Origin: Rhodosorus marinus CCMP1338
Taxonomy: Eukaryota; Plantae; Rhodophyta
DNA: 64,000 nt
Reading direction: 5' to 3'
NCBI GenBank assembly: GCA_029953675.1
Contig: JAMWBK010000006.1
Location: 1 to 64,000 of the forward strand
Below, one piece after another: positions 46,946 to 60,195 of the stretch. The notes under the pieces are model-generated. The model did not search any database. It saw only the letters and a program-made list of their open reading frames with translations, and had not been told where the DNA came from. A program made the translations under genes and the position numbers. Every line of letters begins with the position of its first letter. The first letter of the stretch is position 1.

Positions 46946-49706
46946 ATGCCGGAGGAGCGCTCGTCGACAGTCGCAGATTCGACTAGAAGTAAGTATTTCC
47001 CCGAGCTAACCATGCAGCGGTGGTTTGTTCATTCAGTTGGGCGAATGAGAGTACTGGGTGTATTGTACTCTCAGAACCACGTCGGGCAGTATCGCTCTGC
47101 CCGAAGCACACTTTATCACTAACTCTATCCCGTTGTGTGTCTTGTTGATCTTAAATCGCTTGCGAATCCACTACGTACAGAGGATGACAAGAGGTCAAAG
47201 ATGCTGGAACTGCTCGATCGCGGTTTGCTGAAGCCTGGTCAGGAGATTTTCTTCCAATACAAACGCGACCGCTACGTTGCCAATATCGAAGTCGATGGGA
47301 GGTTGCTGGCGGGCGACGGCGAAAGTAGGCATTAGTTTCCGGGAGAGCATTACCAGGACCTCATTTTTTGGAGATCGCTTCCCCCTCTCGTCCCATCTAA
47401 CACTTAGCGTTCTTACTTTTTGTACATACTTCCATAGATTTTGACACTCCGTCCGAGTTTGTGAACGAAATGGTCAGACGCTACAATACAGAGAACAGAA
47501 TCCGACTCCGTGGGACCGTGAACCTCAACGGTTGGCAGACTTGTTCGTTTGACAATCAAACCCTTCAGCAGCTCTTGGACTCACCAGACCCATCTGACGA
47601 GGGCGCCGCGGAGGGATCCCGGAACTCTGAGGATGTTATTACCAATGGTGAGCGGAAGAGGAAGCAGGACGCTGTGGATCGCGAGGAAGACGCTGCTCTA
47701 TATAATCGAAGGAGAAGAACCACTCGCTTGGCCGCGGGCAAGATTAAGCAAGTCGATTACAAGTTTCCTCCAGGGCAGTCAACAGATGGAGTGACCACTA
47801 CGGCCACGAGGATAGAGAAATCGATCGATTTCGAGAATGACAAGGAGGCTAACACGAACGAAGATGCGGACCAATTTCCGGAGGATCATGATGTCTTCAG
47901 CAGCAAAGAGTTGGAGGACGACGCGGACGACGCAACGCACGTGGAAAGGGTGACAAACCCAGTCGCTTCCGGGGTTGTGCATGCCGCAGAATTCACTACT
48001 CCGCATCCCCTGGCCATATCTAACTCCCCTCGTTTGCACCCTTCACTGCAGGGGGAAGGGGATTCTCATGACAATTTGTCCGGTTCGTCCCTTGAAGGTG
48101 GCTCTTCGAATAGATCGGAACAACTGGCGGATTGTGAAATGGAGGGCTCATCATCGGGCTGGGATCTGGAAGAGCAAGAGATGCTGCTCGAATGCTTACA
48201 AAGCAAGGGGGTTCTAGACCCGGAGGTGCTCACTGAGGATTCCTTGGGGAGGGATTCCGAAGACACAAAGAAGTATTTAGACCTTCTGACGATGAGGATG
48301 AAAGAAGCTGGAGTACAGACTTCGGGAGACGTTAAGGCGGTTACTGCCTTTATCTCCGCCGAAGTGTACATGGGGCGTGCCGCGAAGCAGGTCATCAACG
48401 ACAAGAAGGCACAACGGAAGGGGAAAGCGAGCCGGGAGCTGAGCGGCCTCAAGCGACAGCTGGAACAAGAACGCAACAAGATAAACGACCTCTTGAAACT
48501 CCAAAAGAAGAGGAATCGCGAGGTTGAGGAAGGGAGATCAAAATTGGAGAGCGAAATGCAAGCTAGGAGAGAGATAGAGCTTGACCGAAGCAAGCTCAAG
48601 CTTCAATGCAAGGATTCTCAGACGGAAGAGATTAGGGAGAGGGAACTCTGCACTGGTCTTCAGAACGAGTGCGATCTGCTGAAGGAAAAGGAAGCCCACG
48701 CGAGGAATAAGCTGGAGGAATCGCGCGGAGTAATATCCTCTCTCAAAGCAATTTTGGAGGGAGCGCAATTGGACGTCCGAATGTCTCCGGTGTTCAGTTC
48801 AATGGATGAAAACGATTTCGCGAGGCCCAATCCTCAGCCTGGTCGTACTGGATCGTTTGATCGCGTCCGGAACGGAGCTGTCAACAACTTCAACAATCCA
48901 CCCAGTTTAGGGGAACGAGCTTCAGCCGAACCAGACGCCCGGTTACCAGAAGGTATGTTGCGAGGCTTGAGTACTCTAGTTTATGGGTTTCTCCTAATTT
49001 CATATTATCGACGTCCTAGGACTGGGTCCTCGCATTCTCGCGGAGTCAAGGGGAAGCGAAATCGCCCGAAACTGGATACGTATTGAGAGTGGAGACGCAC
49101 GCACAGAACAAGCGGTGGACAAGCTCCAACTTGACATGCGACGTTATAGGGTAAGATTCGTGCCTGGGACGCACTGTGCCAAAACCCACGAAGAATGGCC
49201 CTCATTTGTGGTATTCCCGCAGGCAAGATGCTGAGCGCCAGAGGACATGGTAACTGACTTTGTGGAACCCTTATGAAATCTTTTCTTCATGTTAGACCTT
49301 GGCAGCGGATATTGACGTGGAGATAGACGAGTGGAGGGGCCATTTGGACACTGGGATGCGCCAGACGCAGTACCTTGTTGCCTGCAAAGCCCGTTTAGAG
49401 CAGGTTAAACGGAATATCAGCGCTAATCCGACCCCAAAGAAGGCACCTGTTTCAGGCTCGGCTGCCCAAGGCTTGCAAGCTTCAGCAGCTAGCAAGGGCT
49501 CTAGGGCCAAAAAGCGAGGGTCATCTGGTTTAGCGTCAGGATCCTCTGGAAACCGCCAGGGAGGTGGGCAGGTGAAGAAGAGCGGACCGGCTCTCAAAAA
49601 CTCGAATCTAAAGTCTGGTACGGCAACGAGCCACAAGAATGACGCGAAGGCGGAGGCCACACGAAGAAAACCAAAGGACGTGTTAAGGTCGATTCCCGTG
49701 CTTTGA
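46946..49706 (+). CDS. RAMA-domain nuclear protein with a long coiled coil, multi-exon
   Basis: LELLDRGLLKPGQEIFFQYKRDRYVANIEVDG...FDTPSEFV...LNGWQTCSF resembles the RAMA DNA-binding domain of MPND. It also has a basic NLS-like stretch and a coiled coil at ~48400-48760. Start is inferred. Confidence 0.7.
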
Positions 49707-50056
49707 GTAGACGCAATAAAAAAAACTCCAATTGTCCCTCACTTTGTTTTTGCTGTCTTCCACCGTCGTTTCTAATTAACACATTTATACAAGAGTCCCG
49801 GAGGAATTGTTGTCAAATACTACTTTCCTCCGGGCATATGAGAAGCTGATGCAAGAAGCAGTGGTCACTCTAAAACAAGACGGCACTCTGTTAGGCCACC
49901 GGGAGAACACGAAAAGAACATCTGGACAAGTACTCGGTTAAAATTTTGCATTCCATCCAGGAGAGCTAACAGCGACTGAACTCAGTCCTACCGCGCGATA
50001 ACTCTCTTCCATCGAAAGCGAAGGCAAGATGACAACATGCAAGGACCTCCGCATCA

Positions 50057-53000
50057 CTATCCCAGGCGCCCCGAGCTTTTGAAGAAGTCCATCAAAGGGT
50101 CGAAGTAGTTGTCAGCAAACGATTGAAAGTAGAACTCGTGTACCTCGTCGTGAGGTCCAACAATGCTAGGGCAAGGGATAAACAACACTCAGCCCGATTA
50201 GTGAGATTCCATCGCAAGCTCATGAGCCCAAATTGATGAGACAATAAACTCTTTTGTTGCCAAAAGCTTCAATGGGTTGCTCCTCATTTGGAAAGGGCCA
50301 AGGCATGACCCCTTAAGCTAGGCCCGGATACTTACTTATGTGCCAACTCATGACAGTATACCATATACCAGTAGACATAAGGCTGTCGGCCGCGGCTCAG
50401 AAGCTCATGCTCGAGTGCTATAAAATAATACAAGTTGAAATGCAGTGCATGATTGTCTGAGCTATTAAACGCAATCGTCTTGCCACCCGGTTCATAAACA
50501 ATGCAAAGTGCCTTCGCGTTCAGATTAAAGACCTGAGTTCCAAGCTCAAGAAGCAGCTTAGAAAAGGACAAACAGGTTGCCCATAGCGGTTGAAACGACT
50601 CTTCTGATACAGCCTTCGTTCTAAACGTCTTCAGACATCTGCGCAAAATTTCCGCAGGGGCTTGCATTGCCACGAGGTCATGTCCGGGAATCACCTCACA
50701 GTTCGACTCAATGGATCGCGGAGGTCGCGCAATCGTTTTCCCCTGGGCCTGGATACTGTTCCCCCGCTGCGGTCCACTCAGACTGACAGCCTTCTTTAGT
50801 GAATTGCTCAGCGCTGTAGGGTCAGGTTTGTGCAAAGCACCGTCGTCTCGCTTGCACTCCGCGCTAGAGCCAGGGCCCTCCGCAGGAAGTGAGCTGGTTC
50901 TATCCCCAGTAATTTCAGGTGTCCCCCCACGGCTAGTGCTGGAAATCACTGGAGAGCCAGTCGATCCAGCGCTAAAAGCCTTCTTGAAAGATGAAGCGAA
51001 CTTTCCAAATTTCGATGATCCAGAGCTCTTCTGCGAAGTCTTCCCTCTCACAGACTCAACCCTTTGTGGAGGTCTGACGTCGCCTCGAACTGGGGCGTCT
51101 CCTGTATCTTTATTCTCACCGGTAGCACTCGTACGCGAATCCTTCCTCGGGTAGTCCCCCCTTGAAAGAATGTCATTTGCAGCCCGAAGAGGATCTCCTT
51201 TCTGTTCTCGGAGAATCTTGGATATGAACTCCTCATCTGCGTCAGGAAACATTGAACGCAGTATTTCGAGCTGTCCTTGCACCTGAGCGTCCTTTGCGTT
51301 CCCCCGTTGACCATCGCCGTTTCCAGGCGACGCCTTGGCCTGTGAAACCCCCTCGACACCCGGCCTAGGGACGTTCTCTTCCGCTAGGGACTCCGAACGC
51401 GCAGGACCTCTACTGTGTGTACGAGGAGCATCCAAAGCTGCATCATCAACGGAGAGCCTGTTCACTGGAAAGCCTCTCGACTTGAGCGCGCTTATCGAGG
51501 TTTCCAATATAGTTGTTATCAAGAGCGAGTCTTCCAATCGATTCCTCTCAAAGAGGTTTGTTCCTAGAACATGGCTCACGTCGAACATGTCGAAGTCCTT
51601 CAGTATCAAAAGCGTGAGTGCCCCTTTTGAGCAGCAGGTGACCGGTTGAGTTTTCACACGACCTCTAAATCGCAGTAGACAGGTAATAGAAGAGACCTGT
51701 TTCACCCTCAGTCGCTCCTCAGTCAGCAGCTTCGCTGCCCCCGCCTTCAATTTTCGAGACTCTTTCCCGCTGGAGTCAGTCAGCAGTAGTGGCGCTCGCT
51801 CCAAAATCCTTTCCCTCACCGCCTGGGTCAGAGTCGTCTCCCCCCCCTCACCAACCACTTGATACTCCCTGGTCACCTGAGATTGATTATGCCAGGCATC
51901 ATTTCAGGAAATGCCTACAACGCATACACCCCCCTCAGAGCCGCGCTCAGTCCGTTTGGGCAACAATGCTGCTAAACCTAGTACTCGCTGCCAACGGCCT
52001 AAACTTGCATTGTCAACCTACCTCTTTGCTCAACCATTTACTCCCAAGTTTCTCGTAGAAGCTCTCCAACGTCGAGTCCAAGGGAGCGTTAACCGGCTCG
52101 AACAGCTGAAGCAGGATAGTATCATCCACGAGGCTGCATTCTGCAGGCCGGCAAAATTTTGGCGAGTTCTCCTTCACAAAGCCAAGCAGAAACGATTTCT
52201 TCAGCATCGACGAGCGAAGCGCTTGTGGTATCGAATCAAAGTTGACCGCAATCTCCTTCAGGAGGGCCAAGTACGTTGCTTCGTTGCCGACCTTGTCAAG
52301 GACAACTTTAGGATCCGAGATAACGTGCTGGGCAATCTCCACTACGGATGGGATATCCTACCATACGCAAGTGAGAAAGAATGAGACACGTTCAGAAGTC
52401 TTTTCAGAGGGACCTCTTTGCGAGGTTGACCTGGTTGTTCGGCAGATAGAATGGATAGACGCAGGATTCTTACCCGAACTCCGCAGTTCCTGAGCAGGGC
52501 GTTGGCGCTTGCGCCAAAGTCCACATAGGGGAAAAGCGTAGAGTACGGGCGTCCGGCATTCATCGGTCCATTCATTTGGTCTTCGAAAAAAACCTTAGGC
52601 GAAAACAATCATAGAAAAAAAAAAACGAACAGGTTTGAAAAAATTCGACAGGACCCATAGACTGAAAGTGTAGCCTAGCCTTGGCCCATGGAATCTAGGC
52701 TATTAAGCCTCCATTTCATTCTGCTCATACTCTCGTATCAACTTTGCACGGCATAGCTTACCTGGCTAGGCTTCAGCCAAGTGGCGCTCTCTGGGTTGTT
52801 TTCTTGGCTATGAACAGGTATTCTGATCACCCGAGAGAGTTCTGACCAGTGGCTACGCTCAAACGTCCCTGAACGCGCGCTTAGATAGTCATAGATTTCC
52901 TTCACCGTCCTAGGAAATTCCTTCTCGAAAATGATACGGGCACGAAGAAGGATTTCATCTGCACTGGGATGATCCTTTACTCCCAACGTAGTCGCAGCAG

Positions 53001-55978
53001 CCCGCAGGTCGCTATCAACTACTGCAAAGCCCATGCACGCAGGTGTGTGTGCCGTGAAACAAGATCCAGGATAATCGAGCTTTGCAGTGCCGCTCCTTTG
53101 GGTAGGAAGAAACTCACGCTTGACAGTAGAAGGAAAATATTCCGCTGCATACAAGGTATCCACATGGGCCGCAAGGTATTCAATTGCCTTCACGAGCGAC
53201 GCTCTGTTCCGAAGCCCAAACTGAACGGTAAGATCGATTATCTCAGCGGCACTCGGGTGCTCGCGAACGCCAAGCTGATGTAAGAATCGACCCTCCAGAC
53301 TCGATGTCTTATACGCCTTCTTATCGGACCATTCGAGGGTCAAAAATCCGAGGTCAAACAGCGACTGATCAGGAACGAACAGTTCGGATGCGGTTCCGTG
53401 GCTTCTCTGCTCAGCACCGGGACCTAGTCTTACGGGAAGGAAAGGTGTTAGCCTCAGCCTCCTCCACTCATCTCCGGAGAAGCTCCCCTGAACGCTGGCG
53501 AGGTACCGAATGAGAGCAACGGGATCCCACTTGAGCGAGTCCAGGCGGGAGAAGACAACCTCGAGGTCGACGTGGTCTCGAACACCCAGAGCCACAAGGA
53601 GCGAACGAGAGCATGCAGCTGTGCTAGCGCGAGGTAAGTCATCAAACAGGACAACGCTTGACAGATACGAGTCTGGGGGGCTCTTTAGCCCCATGCTTGT
53701 CTCCAAAAAAGCCACGTTCTCAAGTTTCACTCGTAGCTGGGTGCCGAAGGCCTCCCTCTCACGAGCTGGTAGACGAGTGTAGTAGGCGTTGAAGCTCTTA
53801 AGGACTAGCTCATGGCTTGACCTTTGGCCCTCATCGGCGAGTATTTGCTCGCAAGCAAATTTCGCCCAGTTTTCGAAAGGCAGCATATCAAACCATTCCA
53901 TAAACTTCAATTCCCTCCAAGAGGAAACCACCAGATCGCCCAGCGATCGTGGAAGCACATCGCTGGGAATCGACAGCTCTGCAGGAATTCCACTCTTCGG
54001 GGACAAAACATACTTGAATGACCCCAGAGCTAGGGGTTCAGCATTATTCATCGACACAATTATAGAGCTTTTCAAGCGTTGTCCCATGCTCCGACATGAT
54101 GTATCTCGCTGCTGAAAACGCGACCACCACTTGCACAAACGCAAGAACTTGTCCACACTAAGAACCTGTAGCTCGAGATCGTGTACAAGCTCCTCCAGGC
54201 GCAAGGGATTCAGTCCCCCTCGCGAACTTAACAGCTCCATCATTTGGAAACACGCCTGCGCGACTGTCTTCTTCACAACCGGGCACCTAACAGCAAACTC
54301 TTCCATTCCGTTGTTAGGAACTCTTGCTTCAGACGCCGGGCGGGCTCCCACCTCAGTAATGACCGAAACTGCTCGTGGATGAGAAAGGAACCCTTGCAGG
54401 AGTAGCTCTCCCACCCGCTTGTCCGGTGTAGATCCAATGAAAGTATGTGTCTTCATCAACATCACAGCAGCACGCTCCGCGGGCAACAATTTCTGCATCT
54501 CGAGTTGAAGCTCGTGTTCTGCGCTCCAACGATTGAGATCTACACCAATGGAGTCCGTCATCAAGGTCTTCAGGCCGTTTAGGAACATGCCAGCAAATCC
54601 AGTGCGTTGCTTCTCCTTCTTTGCCTCCCGAGTACCCACTGCAGATGCCGGCTCCACGGACTCAGTCGAAGGTCTCAAGCCCTGGTTGCGTTTCTGGAGC
54701 TCAAACTCCGCACTGACCTCGCCCATCAGCTGTTCGTAGGATCCACGAAGAATGGAACCCGCAAGGAAGAGTAGCTCAGAGTTCCAAATTGTCAGAGCCG
54801 GTTGAACAAAGTCAACAGACTCCCGTTCAACGGTAGGAATCAACGGTGCGGAAAGGTGTACTCCGGCACCAGTTGTCTGGTGAGTCGGGAACCCGATGAA
54901 AACTCTGCCCCGTCCGAGCTTAGGAACGATGCTCTGGGTCATCGACGCAGCAGTTCCACCTTTCTCTTGACTGTCTTCGGGCTTCTCAGTCACACCGGAT
55001 TTCTCCGCGACGAACGCAATCTGTAACTCACGGGGTGGCTTCTTCTTCGTCACTCGTTCCATTTGCTCCGATAGCTTCCATGGAACAGAGGTCTTCACGA
55101 TTGCAGTAAACAACCGCGCTTCAAGTCTATCTGTCCCTGTCTCCACAGAAGCCACGACACTAAACTCACGAACGGAACTACTGACCACTGATAGCAGCTT
55201 TCGAGGCGTTTTCACAATGAGAGGTCGGATCTTCTTCGTAGTGTCCATCTCATTCTCCTGTTTGCGCCGCACTGCTACTACCTCTTTCTGGTTGACAAAA
55301 ATGCGAATCGTCCTTACATGTCTCGAGAATGTTAGGCAGCTCGATGCGAAACTGCCGATGTCTTCTATTTTCGGAACTGGGAACGCATCTCGTGAGGGAA
55401 GGACAAACGTAGTCCACCCATCAGTTTCAGTGTCTTGTGTGGACATGATTCTACAGTACAGGGAGTCCTTATCCCAGCCGAATACCATGCAGGATCCGCC
55501 AGATACCACCATAGGCTCCTCACTGATAGAGAACACAGCATAAAACCCGACTCCAAAAAACCCGATCTTGGACTCGTCGGGATTTCCCTCGGCTATACTG
55601 CGAAGCCGGTGCCAGTCCTCGTCCTTAAACTGTTTGCCATTATTCTTGTAGATACAAGTAGTCACCTGCTGATCCCCTCCGCTAGTTCGGAACTCGATCT
55701 GAGCCTCGGTAGCCCCGGCGTCATCGCTGTTTTGAATAAGCTCCCGCCATACCTACAGTGGAAGGAGGCAGCACGTCCTATGGTAGCTCAGTTGGAAAGG
55801 CACTAGATGAAACGCCAGAAACGAAGCTGGCACTGATGTGATAACGTACCACACTCTCCCCGGAGTAGCGAGCAAGAATCTTGTCTACGAGATGCCTCTG
55901 GTTGACCCGGACATCCTCGCGGATCCCTTGGGCAGTTGCTCGTTCGCGAAGTCTTGACAAGCCGTCTAAGCTTGTCAT
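50057..55978 (-). CDS. Large sacsin-like GHKL (HATPase) protein with CUE-like domain and C-terminal HExxH motif (DUF3684-like family)
   Basis: VRVNQRHLVDKILARYSGE, ELIQNSDDAGA, NNGKQF, IGFFGVGFYAVF. CUE-like LEILRSMFPDADEEFISKIL, and YWYMVYCHELAH. First and last exons were inferred. Confidence 0.85.
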
Positions 55979-57421
55979 GATGGGTATCAGCCTCAAGTTG
56001 GAAATCTGCCTTCCTCTCGTTCCAAAACACACGCAGGCTCACTCATCGCACCAAGTTAATCCAGGGTCTCTTACTCGTTTTCCCGAATCTTTCCACACGC
56101 TTATTGAATGGCGTTGGAACCCCACATTCCTCTCACACTCCGCTGCGCCCAGATTTCCTCAAAAAAAGGACTGCTCAGTCTCACATCAGAGCTGGGAAAC
56201 TTCAATAAGCTTTGCGGAGGCAAAAGGTATACGGAAGCAGAGTTTACACGAAAGATTCTCCCCTACTCTGAATGGCGCACCTTCATCCTCCCCACTTAAC
56301 CATGCAAAAAAAGAGAACATCCCATGCATTGCCGTCCAACCCGACGAGGAAGCCCTTCGTCTCCGTAACTGGGAGCGCGTGGAAGGACTCCGAGGTGGGA
56401 CAAAGTTCTGTCCCTTAGTCAATCTTTCATGGAGCATCGTTGCTCGGGGAGCGCGATGTGAGAGTGAACCAGTCCAGTATTCATTGAGCCCGAAGCGACC
56501 GCTGCAATGGCCATCTACAGTGATGGATAACACCAGGGAATCGTTGCAACCTTTACCTTGAGGATGCAGAGAATAATTCTATACGCGCATTTGATGCAAT
56601 GCACGCGTGGAGCAAGCAGCATCGACTTGCTAGCGTTTACTCAGACTTTAGGACACAGTTGGTAAACGGTGTAAGTACGAACAAACGCGCATAAACCTTG
56701 GGCGCCAACTAGCAGACGTGCGGCGAAAAAACAATACTATTGACCGCGAAGAGAGCTAAGTCTGCAGGAACCCCGCTTGTACTTTGCCAGGACACGTGAC
56801 CATTTGAAGCATCTGGCAATACACAAATTCGAAACTAGCACTTATTGAGTAATGATCATCGAGCCCCTTCGAAACATTAGTAGGAGATAACGAAATTCTG
56901 GTTACCGTTAGGCAAGCCTCTTGAACGATGCGGGATATGGATGCGCGGAGATTTTAGAGAACCTCCCCAAGACTTCCCAATCTTTCTGAGGAAACTAAGT
57001 TATTGAACGCAATTCATGAACCAAGATTCATCTTACAGATATGTTGGCGATATTTTTGTAGAATCTTTAAGCAATGCATCCACGCAGCTACTGTACAGCA
57101 TATGCGGGATTTACATCATTTCAGTCTAATGGCAAACATATAGCCATATTTGCTTTGGCTAGAGGCCGGAGGAACAGACAAGTCCTCTTGCTGGATGGAG
57201 CAGGGGCACTATTGCTCTGCGCACTGAATTCCCGAATGCAAGAGAGCTGGGGTTTCTTTTGGGGGGGTTGTGGTGACGGCTGTCTATGGCTAGGGGCTGC
57301 CCTTTTACATCAACGGTCCGAAATTGGGTGAGAGGGAATAAGGGACAGGCGATAAGCCTGAGCCAACTTCGTTTGTACGAGTGTGCGTGTGTTCCGTTTG
57401 CTTGCAGGAGAAGACAGAAAC

Positions 57422-58695
57422 ATGGACCTTTTGTCGTTCGTCAACATTGGCTTTGCACGACCGTTCCAATGTACACACCATTGTAGTCATCCGTGTACAC
57501 GGAGATCTTCCCAAGGGAATGGCGAGAGCGCCAGGTCGCCCTCGGCGAGAGCCATTGAAGACTTTCTCACTCAAAGGTCGCTTCAGACGCTTTTGTTCTA
57601 TTTGGAGCAGTGCCGGGATGTCCCCAGCTTTAGATTCCTCGAGGCTTTCAAGGATCACCAGGGCATTTTTCGCTATCACGGATTTAACGGACTACGAGTT
57701 CACTGGTATGCGTTTGCCTGAGACCAGAATCCTTGCCTCCGCGTGCCACTTCCGACATGAGCTTGTCTTTCCGAGCTCATAGTCACGGGTTTTCGGATGG
57801 AGCCTAGGATGCATTGATTTTACCCTGACTAATGAGTGAGCTCTTGTGCTGAACTAGGGATGAGTACTTGACGGAACTGCTGAGAGAGCCCAAACGAACC
57901 ATTACAGTGCGAAACCCAAACTACCGGAGGGGTGGATCCAAGGGCAATCCATATGTGCAGAGGCATCTGGACGTCGAGATGACACTGGACCCCAAGGCTA
58001 TAGGGCAGAAGCTTCTTCAAGTGAGAGAGCACTTAAGCGACGAGTTTATTGCTGACCTCATGCTAATGAGAGATGAGAATGAAGAGCTCCGCAGACGACA
58101 TCAGCACTTGGTAAGTAGCCATTTCAGCGTTCCCATTAGGCTGATGCTTGTCTGGAACTAAGAATCCTACTTTTGACCTCTTACCTTGGTGCTTGCCTAT
58201 CGGTGACAGGTGCTACACGATGTTGACACGGTTGGGGTAAAACTCTACCCCGCGAAAGAAATAGAATCAGTATATCACGCAAACTCTCCTTTTCGAGCGG
58301 GAAACTATGACTTGTTGAAGACGTACTCTGTGTATCTCGCCGTGCAGCGTACTCTTGAGATGATGGATCGCGACTACAAACAACGTGATTCCTTTAATTG
58401 GCTAGCTTCGTTCATGGATGCAAACGGCTCAAAGTTTCACGGTGACAACGGCTATCATGTCGGCGACGAGTTCATCAGCGCTATGTGGGATGAACTCCCT
58501 CGAATGAAAAAGAACCGAGGGGGAAGCGTCAGTATGATAGACCCCGACTCGATCGTTGAGAAAATTCTTCACGAGCGACTGCAAGTTGCGGATGACTGGA
58601 CTATTGAACTCATGTCTGTACCGCGGGACAACCTGGACTTCCAGAGAATTCCTCTGGAGGATCTTCTGCGAGATGCGGATGCATGTGAAGAGTAG
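57422..58695 (+). CDS. Probable plastid protein with two tandem RbcX-like helical repeats (2 introns inferred)
   Basis: Repeat 1: IEDFLTQRSLQTLLFYLEQCRD...LDPKAIGQKLLQVREHLSDEF. Repeat 2: DLLKTYSVYLAVQRTLEMM...NWLASF...IDPDSIVEKILHERLQVADDW. Ser/Arg-rich transit-like N-terminus. Confidence 0.65.
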
Positions 58696-59258
58696 AAGCA
58701 GCCATTCTGTATATTAGATAGAAGGTCGAACTCCATTAAATTACCAACAGGAATCGCACCGTTCCAACACCCAGAAAAAAGAAAGGACAGACAGCAAGTC
58801 GGGTTTGCTCTTCTAACCCCGGACATAGCCCGCGTTTGCTGGCCCGGTCATATATGGCCACGTCGTGTACGGCTGGTGGTAACCAACTGCATCCGAGAAC
58901 CAATTAAATTGGACTTTATCCACTGAGATGGTCTTTTTTCTGCTAGTTTTCTCCAAACCCGCCTCTTGAGCCCAACTATGTCAACGAATTTGCTCGTCAA
59001 AGCAATCTAGTTCCCACAAACTGGTGACCAAATGGGTGATGCAAGCAGGGTGTGTTTTGTTCGCAGCAGATTCGAACTCAGGAAAGCCACCTATATAGCT
59101 TCCTGATGAAGACAAAGCGAGATGCCGGGCATGAAAGATGGTTCTGAGGATGAAGAATCCAGCACAATGAGAAGGTGGGACGGCGGAAAACGTTTGGCTT
59201 TTCGATCCCCTCTGCAACGTCTGAACGTGCATGGGAGTTTGTCCAAATTCTTTTCTGA

Positions 59259-60195
59259 ATGTTAAGCTGTCGTATTGTATTGTATTGTATTCTCGTCCGA
59301 AGCGCGATCATTCTAGTTCTAGTCGCTGTTACCGTTGTGGCTGCAGTAGTTCAATGCCTACGGAGACGGTAAGTATTAATTGGCAGGCTAAAAGTCTTCG
59401 TGCCTCTTCACGTGCGGAAGAGTGCACAGAAGCTTCGAAGCGATAAAAGAGCTCACTCAGAACACGCAATGGTTACTGGTAATGCATTTTCAGGTCTTGG
59501 CAGATAACCGCTTCTGAGACCCAGCACCTGTTGGAAGAAGGTGGATCGGAGCAGCGGGGCAGTGCTGCTCTTGCCAACGCCAGTACGTTCTGCTAAAAAA
59601 AATTGAGAAAAATCGAATTTGAGAAAGTTTTTTTAATTTTTGGTGGCAGGTTCGTGGCTTTCCGTGCACGCTTGTTTTGCTAAGGAACCAAACTACTTAT
59701 CCATATCTAGGCAGCTCGAGAACGGAGCTACGAGTAACTATTGGTGCGCAGTACAACGACGAATTTCTTTTCGTAATAGCGTATGAACCGCCAGCGCAAG
59801 GCGATAGCACTCTTCGATCCCAGAAGAAACTGTTCCTTAATCCCGAGTGCGTACCATGGCTGGTGCATTTAGCAACCAACAGTGACCTCTACTTGATCGT
59901 GTACGTCGAGGACGACGAAGCGGAGGCGATGGTTCGAAAGGCGCTAGAGGAGGCAGAGCTTTATGAATGCGGGCTAAACCCCTTTAAGGTAGTTTTCTGC
60001 GAAACAATCCCCGGAAGAATTTCCGCCGTAAGGCAAATAGAACCTCAGCTTCACGTGGATTCGGACAGAGACGTCATATCGGACCTGTCTCGCTTCATAC
60101 CTGCTGTGGCACATGTCAACCAGAACATGTCTTCGTCAAGCTGCGAACCCGCGGGCAACACACGGCGGATTCGATCCTTGGCTGAGCTTTTCTAG
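59259..60195 (+). CDS. PEX22: Peroxin PEX22-like (N-terminal TM anchor)
   Basis: SDLYLIVYVEDDEAEAMVRKALEEA...KVVFCETIPGRISAVRQIEPQLHVD matches the plant PEX22 pattern. The TM exon AIILVLVAVTVVAAVVQCLRRR lies upstream. Confidence 0.8.
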
